Positions 40,668 through 54,200 of a stretch of 64,000 bases of DNA are shown here, one piece after another; the first letter of the stretch is position 1, and each line of letters begins with the position of its first letter. The notes beneath the pieces are model-generated. The model did not search any database. It saw only the letters and a list, made by a program, of their open reading frames with translations, and was not told where the DNA came from. Location: NCBI RefSeq assembly GCF_009914755.1, contig NC_060934.1; one strand, written 5' to 3'. Source of the stretch: the human T2T-CHM13v2.0 reference genome, Homo sapiens. A program made the position numbers and the translations under genes.

Positions 40668-40825
40668 GTATGATGGGCTGACCCAGAGCGAAGTGGACCC
40701 GCATCTGGAGGAGCTCCTTGGGCTGGTGGTGTGGCTGACAACCTGTGGGAGGTCAGAGCTGAAGGTGTTTGACAGCATCACTTACCCTCAGCTTGAAGGC
40801 TTCAAGTTCCATCATGAGGCATCTG
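40668..40825 (+). CDS. WDFY4: WDFY4 exon 8 (YDGLTQSEVDPHLEELLGLVVWLTTCGRSELKVFDSITYPQLEGFKFHHEAS); absent from the ORF track
   Basis: cccccag|G TAT GAT...TCT G|gtgagt; 158 nt, phase 2 to 1. It is required to bridge the phases of exons 7 and 9. Confidence 0.92.
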
Positions 40826-41879
40826 GTGAGTCTTTCCTGTGTCTGGGTGACCGGAAGAGTCAGTGCTGAGCCCTGAGAAGGCTACAGAGGGTCTTCTCCT
40901 GATTCTTTGTGTACCTTTCAATGGTGCAGTAGGCTCTGATTCTGTCACAACCTTTGGGGAGGTTATGAATATCTCCCATGGGACTTAGTGGAAACATTGC
41001 TTAATAAAGGCAAAGACTCTCTCAAATAACGGAGGCAGCCTCTACTTCTCTCCCTCACCCCTGGGGTGATTTACTCTGCAACATTTGCTTATATAATGGG
41101 GACTGATGGCCCTAAAACAGCCATCCAGGTTCAGAGTCAGTGACTTCTCAGTACTTTGAGACATTGATTGATTGATGAACTCAATCAGCAGGCATGGATA
41201 CTTTCTGTGTGGCAGGCACTCTGCCCCATGCTGGGTGCCAGTGTGAACAGGCCAGTTGTCTGCTCCCTAAAATTCCTCTGTAGAGACTGTCACATGTCCT
41301 TGAACCCTAGTCTGCTGGAGAATCGGCTAAGAAATGCATCAGGCACAGCCATGACCCAGCTCAGTCAGGAAACCTCGAACAGAGGGCCTGCCGGAGGGAG
41401 TTTTTAAGGCTAAGTGTGGGTTGTCTAGGTTGAGATGAAGGGAGAAAGTTTAAAGGCAGAAATGACAGTCTGGGGAATAAATGGTGGCCTGGAAGGCTGG
41501 GTGAGTCTGGGAAGTGAGAGCTTCTGCAGAATAGAGGCAGGGAGGCTGCAGTGCTGCAGAGTTCAGGTTAAGAAGGGCCATTGGATGGGATGCAGTAACA
41601 CATGGGGCACAGACATGGTTTAGGGGAGTGCCTGAATCAGACAGGAGTTTCACAAACATCTCTGTTATCTGAGGCAGAGAAGGCTGGAGGCAGGGAGCTT
41701 TCTGACAAAGTGTCTCCTGGGGGAGAGAGAATGAGGCTTAACCTTCAAGCTGGAGGAAAAGGTAGGGGTGGGTCAGGAAAGTGTAATTATTTATCAGCTT
41801 GTCTAGAAACAAAACTGATTTTGCTAGTAATCTCCAACATCATTTGATTTTAATCCGCTGAAACCAATCCTCCTAGCCC

Positions 41880-42172
41880 AATGCTCTCCAATGGAAATAC
41901 AATGCAATGCACGTTATATCATTTTAAATGTAAATTTTAACTTTAAATAAGAAGAAACAAGTTAAATTATTTTTGATAATATATTTTATTTAACTCAATA
42001 TATCCCAAATATTACCATCTCAATGTATGGCCAATACAAATAATTGTCAACAAGATATTTTGCATCATTTCCTTTGTATTATCTTTTTGAAATCTAATGT
42101 GTATTTGATGTTCATGGCACATGTCAGTTCAGAGTGGCCACAGTTTGAGTGCATCTTGGACCATGCTGCACT
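41880..42172 (+). mobile_element. MER33-like DNA transposon
   Basis: gctctccaatggaaatacaatgc...tttatttaactcaatatatcccaaatatta...ttggaccatgctg. Confidence 0.65.
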
Positions 42173-42345
42173 AGCCTTCTTCATACCCCAGGTGGCTGGC
42201 TTTTCTGGACTTCTGATGGACATGTGCCCATAGGAGTTAGAACACAGAAACTTCAAATGGCATGCCCTCTTAGTAATGAAAACATCTATTTGTAGACACA
42301 GGCAGGAGAAATGACTTGTAAGATCATTCTTGTTTTCCTCCTCAG

Positions 42346-42798
42346 GGGTGACTGTTAAGAATCTTCAGGCCTTCCAGGTCCTACAGAATGTTTTCCACAA
42401 AGCCAGTGACTCTGTCCTCTGCATACAAGTCTTGTCAGTCATCAGGACCATGTGGGCCTGGAATGCTCGAAACTTCTTCCTGCTGGAGTGGACCCTGCAG
42501 CCCATCTCGCAGTTTGTAGAGATCATGCCCCTGAAGCCGGCCCCAGTGCAGGAACACTTCTTCCAGCTTCTAGAGGCCCTGGTGTTCGAGCTGCACTACG
42601 TGCCTCATGAGATCCTGCGAAAGGTACAGCATCTGATCAAGGAGAGCCCTGGGCCATCCTGCACCCTCATGGCCCTGCAGAGCATCCTCAGCATCGCTGG
42701 TGGGGACCCCCTCTTCACCGACATCTTCCGGGACTCAGGGCTCCTGGGCCTGCTACTGGCACAGCTTCGGAAGCAAGCCAAGATCATGAGGAAGTCAG
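42346..42798 (+). CDS. WDFY4: WDFY4 exon 9 (GVTVKNLQAFQVLQNVF...AKIMRKS)
   Basis: cctcag|GG...TCAG|gtgcca; 453 nt, phase 1 to 1. VKNLQAF resembles a WDFY3-family motif. Confidence 0.93.
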
Positions 42799-44804
42799 GT
42801 GCCACTGGGTGCATTGGGAGGGATGGGCAGGGGTCAGTGTCAGCCAGGCCTGACCTTTGGGCCAATCTGGCTGCCCATCAAATGCAACAGAAAGTGAGCA
42901 TGCCCATGTCACTGGGAAGGTATGCTTGGGACACACAGTTTCACAAAAGACAGGCAGCCACCCAGTCTTCCCAATGAAGAAGTGAAAGGGATGGGTGAAC
43001 CTGGGGCTAACTCAGGCCTTGTGAATTCCCAGGTTTTAGATATCTCTTGTCCTAGACATTGTGTGGGTGTATAGACAGGGAGACTGCAGGGGTCTGACAG
43101 CTCCTCAGGAATGGGAGCTCAGAGAGGCCTGAGGTTTGGGGGCCCTCCTGGGGTCTGCTGGGATATGGCTTCCTAGCTCACTCTGTTCACTTTGCACTGT
43201 TGGCTCAGTGGTCTCCCACTGGGAGAGAGCTCCTTGGGGTCTTGCGGGCCCAGCACGCCCCTCCAAGTCTTGGTGCCCTGCTGGGCTGCATACCTGTGGC
43301 TCCTTGGCAACATTCCCTTGCCCCTACTTGGCCCCTGCACCCTGGAGTCTCAATCCCAATAGCCTCTGCTGTCCCCTGAGGCTTTAGGGTCTCATGAGGG
43401 TGCTTGGTGGCTCAGGGGTTGGGCTCTTGCACTGCCTCACCATGCTCCCCAGCACATATCCTGCTGGAGTCACTCTATGTGGTGGTCTTTAACTACCATC
43501 TCCGTTGACTTTCTGATAGGAAGCAAAGTGTGGAAACTCCTTCCCCAGCTCCTCTGGTCTTTCCCTCAGTCTGTCTACACCTGCTGCTCTGGGAAATCAG
43601 CCTGGAAGAGGGACACCAGGACACAAGAATCTGGATGCTTACTCTGCCCACCTTCCCTCCTTTCATTCTCCTTCTCCCACTGCACTGGCTGGAAGGGTCA
43701 GGGAGCTCTCTAGCCTTTGGCTGCTTCTGTAATTCTGCTTCAGACTTAAGCCAAGGTCACCAGTCTGTCTGTTTCCTGGGCCTCTCTGAGGGAAAGGAGC
43801 TAAGGGCTGGAATCCTGGCCATGCTACTGACAAACTGAGTGATCTTGAGAAAGTGACTTAACCCGTACGAGCCGTGTCTTCCTCGGTAAAACAGGGTAAT
43901 GATGTTGACATCATTGGAATGTTGTGAGATTTTAACGAGGGAATCTCTGAAGAGGACCCACTGCTGTGCCTGGTACATAACAGGGGCTCAAGAAACATCA
44001 GTCGCCTTGTCCCTATAGTTCCAGTGCTACTGCCATAGACTGAGACAGACACCCAGGGAGGAGCTCAGGCGTCTTATGGAGGCCAGGATGGACCCAGCTC
44101 CTCCCTGGGAGTGTTTGCAAATAGGATCAGGACTGCGAAGGATGAGCCCAAGGGATGGTTTTTGTGTCTGGGCCTCTGGGCCAAGCCCTGGACAATATTT
44201 TATGAGTTGCTTTCTACTGCTTAGTAACTTCTGTCCTTAAATCCCATCTTGAATGAAATTAATGTATTGCTTCATCCGCTTTCCTTGGTGTTTAAATGAG
44301 AAGTCTTTGCACCGTCTCTTTGTTTGGTGGTTCTGTCTTATCTTAGCTGGTATTTCTTTTCAGCAGCCTAACATTGAATTTGCTTTTAAATGCAATTCCA
44401 GACCCATGACCACTCCTAGGAGAAATTAAACTTTTTTGTGAGCTCATGCATCTAGTCTTACTTCATACTTTCTATTGTTAAATGTGTCTTGTTGTTTCTT
44501 AGATACTCTGTCTCCTGGTTTATAAACTCTATTTTCATTCATTCATTCATTCATTCATTCCCCAAATAAGTATTGAGCTTCCAATTTGTGTCAGGCACTT
44601 TGCTGGCATGGGGATTCAAGGTGAATAAAGAGATCTGATTTTGCCCTCATGGGTCTACTGGGATCACCTATTTACTCCAGGTTCTCTTGAGCTTCCCCAT
44701 GACTCAGGAATGAGCAGGCAGTCATCCCTCCCAAGGATGCATGGCAAACTGTAAAAGTGGCCAAAGGAAAATTAAGAAGGCAGGGCTCTGTGTATCATCT
44801 GGGG

Positions 44805-45003
44805 CAATGCTTCTCAAAGAGCAGTCCCTGGACCAGCCCCATCAGCATTGCTTGGGAACTTCTCAGAAATGCAAATTATAGAACCCCATCCAAGAACTAC
44901 TACCTCAGAAATTCTGGGGATGGGACCCAGCATGGGGCTCCGGGTTTTAACAAAATAAGCCCTGCAGGGAATGCTGATGTGCTCAAAATGGAGAACCCCT
45001 GCT
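44805..45003. mobile_element. MER5A-like DNA transposon
   Basis: caatgcttctcaaagagcagtccctggaccagc...gaaatgcaaatt...tgctgatgtgctcaaaatggagaaccc. Confidence 0.7.
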
Positions 45004-45166
45004 GTAGGGGTAACAGCCTTCTATCTTACTAATTGGGATACACACTCCCTTATGATGAAAGCATTATATTCACATCTCCTTAAGAGGATAGAAAGCTGGA
45101 GTCAGAGATTTGCGGTCATACCACATGTACTTAATTTATTTTGTTATTTCTTCTTCAATATGGCAG

Positions 45167-45271
45167 GAAACAAAGTGTCCACTCCTGGTGTTCAGGATCC
45201 AGAAAGAGAACTCACCTGTGTGATGCTGAGGATTGTAGTCACACTTCTGAAAGGCTCGGTGAGGAATGCAG
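45167..45271 (+). CDS. WDFY4: WDFY4 exon 10 (GNKVSTPGVQDPERELTCVMLRIVVTLLKGSVRNA)
   Basis: ggcag|GA...GCAG|gtaagg; 105 nt, phase 1 to 1. Confidence 0.92.
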
Positions 45272-45946
45272 GTAAGGATGGTGCCAAGTTTGCCTCATCA
45301 CTGCTTGGTAAAACATGAACTCTTTCCTGGTTATTTATGGCAGTGTTCACAGGTTATACTCAAGGAGTAACCAATACACAGCGTTAGCTGTGGCTAATGA
45401 TCCTCTCTTGGCCGATGTTCAGTGATCATCAGTAAATTCGTAGATACTATACCTCTGTTGACACTTTTCACTTCTAAGGTTGCTAAATAAAGTTGGTGAC
45501 AAAAAGACTATGCTCAATCTAGCATTTTCTAAATTTATGAGAAAAATTTATTAGTGTCCTGCTGCACTGACTGTAGATGCTTTTTAATTTTTTTTTAGAT
45601 CCAAAGAGTAACATACGGGCAAAGAAATCTAGCCATTTTAAAGAAATGCAATTTGTTGTGCTCTCATCAGACATGATGCACTTAGCAATGTAATCCATTC
45701 AAATTTTCTTTTAGCGTCCTAAGATCATGTGGCTTCTGGGTTTTAAAAATAATATGTGCATATATATATATATATATATAATGACATAGACACACCAACA
45801 TCATATCAGTGGGTTTGGTGATTTAGGCATCTTTATCTGAGGCCTTCACAGAGTAACTATACCTAATGTAAAAAATTATTTCATTATGGCAGAGAGAGAG
45901 TCTTTAACATTTAGTCTGCAAAAGGTTCCCCGGAGGTGCTGGCTAA

Positions 45947-46327
<381 letters not shown>

Positions 46328-47116
46328 AGGAATCTACTTTTAAACATGCTTTCAAGGTGATTTCCATGTCAGAGGTACCTAGCCCATAATTGGAAAAATC
46401 CTGTCTGCTCAAATCTCCATCAAGCCATTTGAAGGATCCAGTTGCCTCCTAGTTTTTATTCCACATGGATTACTCCAATATCAATCCTGGGGAAAAAATG
46501 CTTGGAATTACTTTTAAACAAAAATATATCACCTGTCAGGTTTCTTTAATTTTCTCCCCAAGGAACTATCTAGAAATTAAATATATTCTTAGCTTAAATT
46601 GTGGTTTGCTTTCTATATGAATTTTGTCAGAGAGAAGACAGAAAATTGTCATTGGCTCTGGGGAAGAAATTATGGGGAAATCAAGGGAGAGGTAGATCTA
46701 GTTAAAGCTTTTATTACTTAGGTTTCTATTTTTTTTTCTTTTTTTACCCCAGGAATTCATGACACTATTATTAACTTTAGTCACCATGTTGTACAATAGA
46801 TCTCTTAAACTTATTTCTCCTTTCTTGAATGTATCTCCTATGGGGAGATGTTAGTCATTTTTTTTTTCAAAAATAAGATTCTCATTGGAGAAGAAAGCAG
46901 TTTTTTAAAAAAATCATCAGATCCACAGTTTCTTTTTTCTGCTTCTCACTTTAACAGTGGGTATGGGTTACCAAAAAATCTACCAGTGAGCAAAAGAGAA
47001 ACAAAAAATAGCAAAATGAAGTTTGAAAATTATAAGACAAAGCTTTTCTTTTGATTGAAACTGAAGTGGCAAGCTTCCCCCTTGCCCTAGCCCCATTCTG
47101 TCTGTCTGATCCTTAG

Positions 47117-47307
47117 TTGTCCTGAAGGACCACGGCATGGTGCCCTTCATCAAGATCTTCCTGGATGACGAGTGCTACCGGGAGGCCTCGCTCAGCATCT
47201 TGGAGCAGCTCTCAGCCATCAACGCCGAGGAGTACATGAGCATCATTGTGGGTGCTCTATGCTCATCCACTCAAGGGGAGCTGCAGCTGAAACTGGATCT
47301 CCTGAAG
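47117..47307 (+). CDS. WDFY4: WDFY4 exon 11 (VVLKDHGMVPFIKIFLDD...LKLDLLK)
   Basis: ccttag|TT...AAG|gtgatt; 191 nt, phase 1 to 0; ends at codon 626. Confidence 0.93.
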
Positions 47308-47428
47308 GTGATTTCAAGTCCTCCTTTGAGATTGGCTTCCCTGTGGATATGCACCAAGCGATCCACATTTGCTCAGGCATTTGTATTCATGTAATTCAGT
47401 TAGCCACTGTATGTGGCAGGCAGTACCC

Positions 47429-47810
47429 TGTATTAGGTAGCGTCAGGTGCTGTAACAAATAAATCCCATATCCTCAGTAGCCTGGTACATTTGAAATTTC
47501 TTTGCATCATACAGTCCAGTCAATGATTGGTGACTGTCATTAAGGAACTACCATCACCTGGGCATCTAACTTGGCCAGCAGACAAGGGAAGAGAGACCAT
47601 GGGGAACTGCATAAGGCATTTTCATTCAGGCCTAGAACTGGCACGGGTTATTTTCTGTCCAATTTTCTTTAGGAAGAACTTTGGGCAGGACTCACCTGGA
47701 TGCAAGGGATGCTAGGAAATGTTTTCCCTGGCTAGGCAGCTACTTCCCACAACACTGTAAACTATGGAAGTGCAGCTCAAATCAGCAATGGCCAAGTAGC
47801 TGCCTTGTTG
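47429..47810 (-). mobile_element. Old MLT1 (K/L-like) MaLR LTR
   Basis: tgtattagg...tgctgtaacaaa.. ctcagt...ggatgcaagggatgctaggaaatg...ggcagctacttccca. Confidence 0.6.
47458..47463 (+). terminator. Candidate intronic polyadenylation signal for a truncated WDFY4 isoform
   Basis: AATAAA 63 nt after the read-through stop at 47392-94, five upstream TGTA motifs, and a U-rich downstream stretch. Confidence 0.55.
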
Positions 47811-48344
47811 ATCTGATGAGCATTTATTGAGCATCTAACCCATTACCAGGGCTGATGAAGAGTACCTGGGGCTTATAGTCAATTGTGATACAACCCTTGC
47901 CCTCTGGGAGCTCATAGCCTGTTTCTAATAAGTAAGCAATAGTTACATTGCAGTGTGGTGGGTGCATTGGTTAGACACTGAGGGCAGGTTGCTATGGGAA
48001 CACAGAAGTAGGAGAGACCAATGCTGCCTTACCTGGTTGAGGAAGGCCCACTGGGGAGAGAACCTGTGAGCTGTGAAAAAGAAGCAAAAGGCAGTCAGAG
48101 GTGTGGAAACAGGGGGCACAAAGGGACAAGTGAGGCAGGGTTATCATGTTTGGGCAACAGAGATATAAGTGTATGTGTTTGTAATATTGTTAACATTCAT
48201 CAATTTATCTTAAAATAGTTAAATACATATAACAAATATCATTCTTGCCATCTCTTCTGCCTTACAACTTTCACAGTTTTGTTGCTGTTCCTTTTTTACA
48301 TAGCTTTTGTCTTTGTGAGTTTATGACTTTTAAAAAGGATTGCT

Positions 48345-48547
48345 TGAGTGATCCTCCCACCTCAGGCTCCTAAGTAGCTAGAACTATAGACATGTGCCAC
48401 CACGCTTGGCTAATTTTTGTATTCTTTGTACACAGGGGGTCTTGTTATGTTATCTAGTCTGGTCTTCAACTTCTGACCTCAAGCAGTTCTCCCACCTCAG
48501 CCTCCCAAAGTGCTAGGATCATAGGTGTGGGCCACCGTGCCTGGCCA
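48345..48547 (-). mobile_element. Partial Alu (AluJ-like)
   Basis: gatcctcccacctcag...cctcccaaagtgctaggat...caccgtgcctggcc. Confidence 0.8.
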
Positions 48548-51454
48548 ACACGCTCATGTTTCATTAACATGATATATTTGATTGTTGGTGAATTAAAAAA
48601 AAAAGTGAAGTTGCTCTGATTTCCAAAATTAGGTCAATCATCAACCTAACTTACTTAAGCCTATCTCTATGCAAAACCTTTTTAACATTTAGAGAATGGT
48701 GTTTGTTTCATCATACTTACTTTATTTCTCTGCACATTCGATGTCAGACATTGATGTGAGCTGTTCCAGTTATTATGTGGCCTAAACCAGCAGTGATTGG
48801 TGTGGCCAAAGCATTGCGTGGTCCATCCAAAAGTGGCGTCATGACCATAATCATCATGTTTCACAGATGACAAGAACCCAGCCAGTGATTTAATTGCAGG
48901 GCCATAGAATCAGTGGAAGTGATTTGTACGAAACAAAAAAAGGAAAGTTAAATACCTTTTGAAAGACACTTGAATCCCATGATTACTTGAGGTAAGGGAA
49001 GTGAGAGGGATGGGTGAAGCAGAGAGTAGGGTAAGGGAGAGATATATCAAAAATAAAGAAAATACCAGAGCTAGGAATTACCTTAGATTCATGTGGTCCA
49101 ATCTCTTAATGTTAAAGGCAGAGAGACATCCAGAGAGCTTCATTGACTAAATTAATATTGCATAACTGCTAAATGGTGAAGTTGAGTTTGAATCTAAGGT
49201 GAGCAACTGAAAACTGAGAGTTCACTCCACTTCACTGCGCTGTTTGGTACATTTTCCTTCATATGTCCATGTTCAGCGTGACTGGCATGTTCTGGCAGGA
49301 TAGGAACAGGGAAGGCATGTCCTAACCAGTCAGGCTTGTGATTTTCTATTGGGTGAATAATTGTTCCTGACAGTACCATATCAAAAGCCAAACAGATCCA
49401 CAGAGAGGAAAGTTTTGCTTTTACTTTGCTTGAAGAGTAAAAGTATTTTTGTGTCCAATGTAGAAAAGAGTGATCTGCTTTGCTCATAGAAAGTTCCTTT
49501 TGTTTACTCTGTAGCCCAGAGGCATCGTATTGGAGTGTCAGCCCTTGGGCAATAGGACTAAATGTCTAGAATTAGTAATGTAAAGTCGTTATGGTGTTTT
49601 ACAGATTCAATATCATTTCAGAATCACAGTTATCAAGAGAGCACATAAGGGAAGAACACTGGTGAGCTTATTTAATGAAGTCATAGCCTGCACTCAATGT
49701 GCTATCTTCTCCCTGGGTGCCAAGTCACTGCTGGGCAGTTGGAGGGCCCAGGAGCTGGCATTGTTTTCCAAGGGCTAGGGCTGTCACACTGCTGCTCTAG
49801 GGGGCACTTGGGAGGAATGGAACCTCTTCCAGACTCGCCCACCACTGAGTCACATGAGCAAGTGGTGAAGGTTTGCTGGAATCAGATGTGAGATCTACAT
49901 TTGTTTCTAAGTCATCATGGGAACCCCCTGAAACTTTGGAACGAAGATGCTAAGTGAATTGCTTCTCACTGGATCTCTCTCTTTAGAAGGTGAGAGCCAA
50001 CTCTGCCCATAGGGACTGTTTCTACAAAGTGTGTCTGAGTGGGATGAGAGGGTGCCCCTTCTTATAAAGGTTTCCCATCTCCGAAGGGCATTCACAGCAT
50101 GCCATCACTCTGCATCCCTTCCCTGTGGTCTGTCTGCCAGCCACTCTGGAGAAGCAACTTAGGGCAGTTATTTCAAACACCAGTGGCACTTCCATACCAA
50201 CACTGAAGAACATGTGACTTCACCACCTAATTCTGGCAAATGATAACTGAGTTAAAGAATAATGTAAGCAAATGAATTTCCTCTCCTTGGCCGGTGGGAC
50301 TGTGATTGGGTTATGCACAAATTCAGATTGATTTGCTAATATACATTTAGCTGTTCAACTCTGAGCTTAATTGCATTACCTCACCGGTCTTCCACCATGA
50401 CACATGGAAAATTATGAGGAATAACAAATAATAGAATGTGAAATAAATCCTGTTAGTCCTAACGTAGTTAGCGCTTTACAGCAGACATCCATTTTATAGA
50501 TTCAAGCTGGAGGAATACTAACTCAGAGACGATGACTTGGTAACTGAGTTAGGATGAGAAAATGTGCTTAACGCTGACCTTTCTTGAAATGTGTCAACCC
50601 CAGCCTGATTACTTTGACTTCAGCTGATTAAATTTACTCCCCTCCGCAGACTGAAAACCCTATGTGATGCATTATCATGCAAAGTTGAATGACAGTAATG
50701 GAGACCCTCCTCCTAGACTCCCCGTTCCTGACAAATCATTTCCCGAAGTAGAGAAGTATTTATTTTCCTTTATGATAGAAATGTTTCTCTTTAGTTGCTA
50801 TGAAATTAAGCCTTTGTAATTGGATTTTGGACTCTTTACTTTATGACTCTGCAAATATGAAATTAACCCCATCCCAAGAAATAATAGAGGAGTCTAAGTT
50901 CTAATGAGATTACCCCCATTTTAGATAATGACTCTGAATTTAATAAATCAAACAAAGCAACAATTAAGGACAGCCATTCCTTCCTCCTCTCCCTCCCAAG
51001 AGGAGGAAAAGAAAATAACCATCTAGGAATTATAGGTGACAAACCCACTGAGAGACACAGATCATAATGAGGGTGATTATTGGGTTGCTTTGCTTTTTAA
51101 AATATCTGCTTCAACACTCTTTGAGTGATGGAGTTCTTTTAAGCAATATTCAGCATCAAATTGGACAACTGAATTGGGAGGGGGTTCCTTGGGGGAAGAG
51201 GGGTTTATAGTGGTCACCCAGCACTCAGGCGATTGTCTGTAATCTGATCAGTTTTGTTTTTTAATCATTCTCCCTTCCTGATGTTTGTTTTGTCGTGTGT
51301 TATGTGACTAACAGAAGCGCTTATTCATTCCATTTGCCTTAAACAAAGCTCCTAGAGGTCTTAGAGCCATTGAAAGCACTCACATAAATTTAGTCTGTTT
51401 AACATTGTAGAGCTTAAGATTTCCTTTGTGACTGATTGACTTTTCATGGCATGT

Positions 51455-51464
51455 GTCACGTGAC
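51455..51464. promoter_or_regulatory. Perfect CLEAR / MiT-TFE (also USF) E-box palindrome
   Basis: GTCACGTGAC; motif match only. Confidence 0.35.
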
Positions 51465-52574
51465 CAGGCATAGGTCAGGTTCAGACGCGTGCCGTACCAC
51501 ATCGCAGTGAACAGCCTTTGGTATGGTTTATCAGTTAGAAAGGAGGGACCAAAACCACCACACACACGTCAAGGTTGGAGTGAGTTTCCAACTCAACCAT
51601 AAAAATAACATTTTTTTGGAAGTGAGTTGCTCACATAAGGCAGGCACAGATGCAGCATAGCTGCCTTAGCCTTTCCTGACCCTGGGGCCTCCAGGATGGG
51701 GCAGGGACAGGCAGCTGCTGTGACTCTGTCTACACAGGGAAAGGCCTTGCCCAACTTAAGCCATGAGCTTTCACTTATGCACACTGAGTACCACCATCCT
51801 GGAGGAACCTACTCCAACAATCCACATGCTTTGCTTTGAGGGTGTGTCTACAAATGTCCAACTTTCCTGGGTTTTCGGCCAAATTCAGAAAGAATTAGGC
51901 CACATCCTCACTCGGGAGGAGAAAGCAGTATCATTGCCCCCATCTTTCAGGTGGCCTGGGAAGTCAATTTCCCTGAAGTCTTTCCCACGATTCACACTTG
52001 ACTGCCCCCTTTAGTGGGTGGCCCTGATGCTGGGTTTCTTTCAAAGAGCAAAACGACAATTCAATTCCCTGCAGTGTCCCTCTGAGAAGTGGTGAGGTAT
52101 CACAGATCTAACCACTGTGAGTAGTGTGTTTTCTTTTTCTATAACTGGGAAAAGATCAATTGGCCTGTATTGGTAAGGATGAATCTTTCTACCTCACTTT
52201 ATGTTATTTGTCTATTTTGAATATAATTATGGACTTTGGTCTTTCATAGATTCTCCTAGTAACTGCAATCTGTTTTGTTTTTTAAATTTCTGGAAATGTC
52301 ATAGATGGGGCCCTGGAAGCCCTTTATGCATATCCTTGGCTGCTGTTTCTCTTCATCTTTGAAAGAATCCTCGCCTGTGTGCACTAAGAGAGTTCAGGCT
52401 CCTCCTGTGTTCTCTGACCTGGAATGTGAGACTGACTACTCGCCCAGCAGCTCAGGTTTCCTGTAGTGGAATATAACATTAGAGAATAAAATCCCAGTGG
52501 TTGGAACACACATTCTATTGTTTCAAATAAACACCACTGTTAGGTTAGGGTGCCAGCATTTAAGAGATGGAGCT

Positions 52575-52712
52575 GGATACTCAGGAAGCTGAGGCAGGAG
52601 AATCACTTGAACTGGGGAGGCAGAGGTTACATTGAGCCAAGATCTCGCCACTACACTCCAGCCTGGGTGACAGAGCAAGACTCCGTCTCAAAAAAAAAAA
52701 AAAAAAAAAAAA
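52575..52712 (+). mobile_element. 5'-truncated Alu right arm with poly(A)
   Basis: gctgaggcaggagaatcacttgaa...gagcaagactccgtctc(A)n; ATGGAGCT is repeated on both flanks. Confidence 0.85.
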
Positions 52713-54200
52713 ATGGAGCTCCCAAAGTGCATGACTTCATGTTTGACAGTGACCTGTAACTTTACTAAGTTTCTATTAACTAAAAAGAATTTAAATATCT
52801 AGACCCTTCCCACATATTTTTCTGAGCTACCAGTTTTCTCTTTTTCACTAACTTCCACGTATCATACTACAGACTGTTGCTTAAACCATGCATTTAAGTC
52901 ACAGCATCACCCCTCCCCCAGATAGGGAGTGTCTATTTTATTTTTTCTCTGTGAACCTTGTCTCAGGCCTCCTGAAACTGACTCCACACTGTGCCTTCTC
53001 AGACAATCCCCTTCCCTGTCACACTAGAGCATTAAATACCTGAAAAGATAAAACAATTCACACCTCTCTCCACAGTCTACTAAGGAACCCACAAGGTTGT
53101 CCACTCTCTAGGAAACACACATCAAATGCCTGAGTTTTAGATGGAGTCCAATGCAATTTATCTGATCAATAAATAAGTACTAAAAATTACAGACTTTTAA
53201 TACTTATTTAAAATCGTCCCTGTGTTTTTCACATTTCGATGAAGCACAGTATGAGAACTGCTTAAATGTAGCCCCCCCTCCCTCTCTCTCTTCCTCCCTC
53301 CTTCCTTCCAATAGCATGTATTGATTACCTAGAGTATATACCATGCACTGGGCCCAAGTAAGTAAGTGCTCAAGAAAGGTTTGATTTTAGAAGGAAATAA
53401 AAGCTTGGCTGGCCAGTACAGCTCTCAGTGATCTGGAGGGTGGTGGATTCCACGATGTATCCTATCAGTGGCCTAATTGCTTTCTGCACACTTGGCCTAT
53501 GCTATGTGTTATACCTATGCATTTCATTCCATTGCAGGTTTCTCTTCTCTTTCTGACACACTCTTTTCACACCACATTTTAAGTTGATTCATTTTACTGT
53601 TTCCCCTCATCTAATATAACCGATGAAGCCGTGCTTGCACAGAGAGGGAGATAAGGAATAACAAGCTGCTTCTATGAGGATTTCACTGTGTGTCTCCTGT
53701 ACAGTATAAGAGATGGTTCATCCCACTCATTTAGCAAATTGTCATTAAGTGTGTGCTGTGTTCCACAGTAGTAAGGAAGCCAGATATGGTTTCCATCTCG
53801 TGGAGCTTCAGTCTGGTGGAGAGCTGAGACGGTTTTCAAGTAGCTGCAGTAGAGTATGACGAGAGTTTTGATCAGGGAATGAGAGGGGGATGTGTGAGCA
53901 CTCGACCTGGGATGAGTATGAGCTACAGGACAGAAGCTTTCTGGAAGGATATGCATTCATGTCAAAAAACAGGACAGTTAAATCAACCGTATAGATTAGT
54001 GTAGTAGGCACACATGGAAAACCTAAACCGTAAGAGGAACAATATGGAGATCCCAATGTTTCAGAGTGATCCTTCCTGTAACTTGTTGGCCTGAAGTCGT
54101 TGAGGGAAGAGCTAGTGGGACGCTCTGGCAGGAATGTGTGTGGGCTCAGGGTTAATCTACCTCCTGGAGTGCACTCATTTTGATTTGCTTGGTGTTTCAG

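Noticed and set aside
45255-45265. Internal donor TCG|GTGAGG in exon 10, and a tandem acceptor 6 nt into exon 7 (38711)
   Set aside because: Each competes with a stronger adjacent canonical site; there is no evidence of use from sequence alone.
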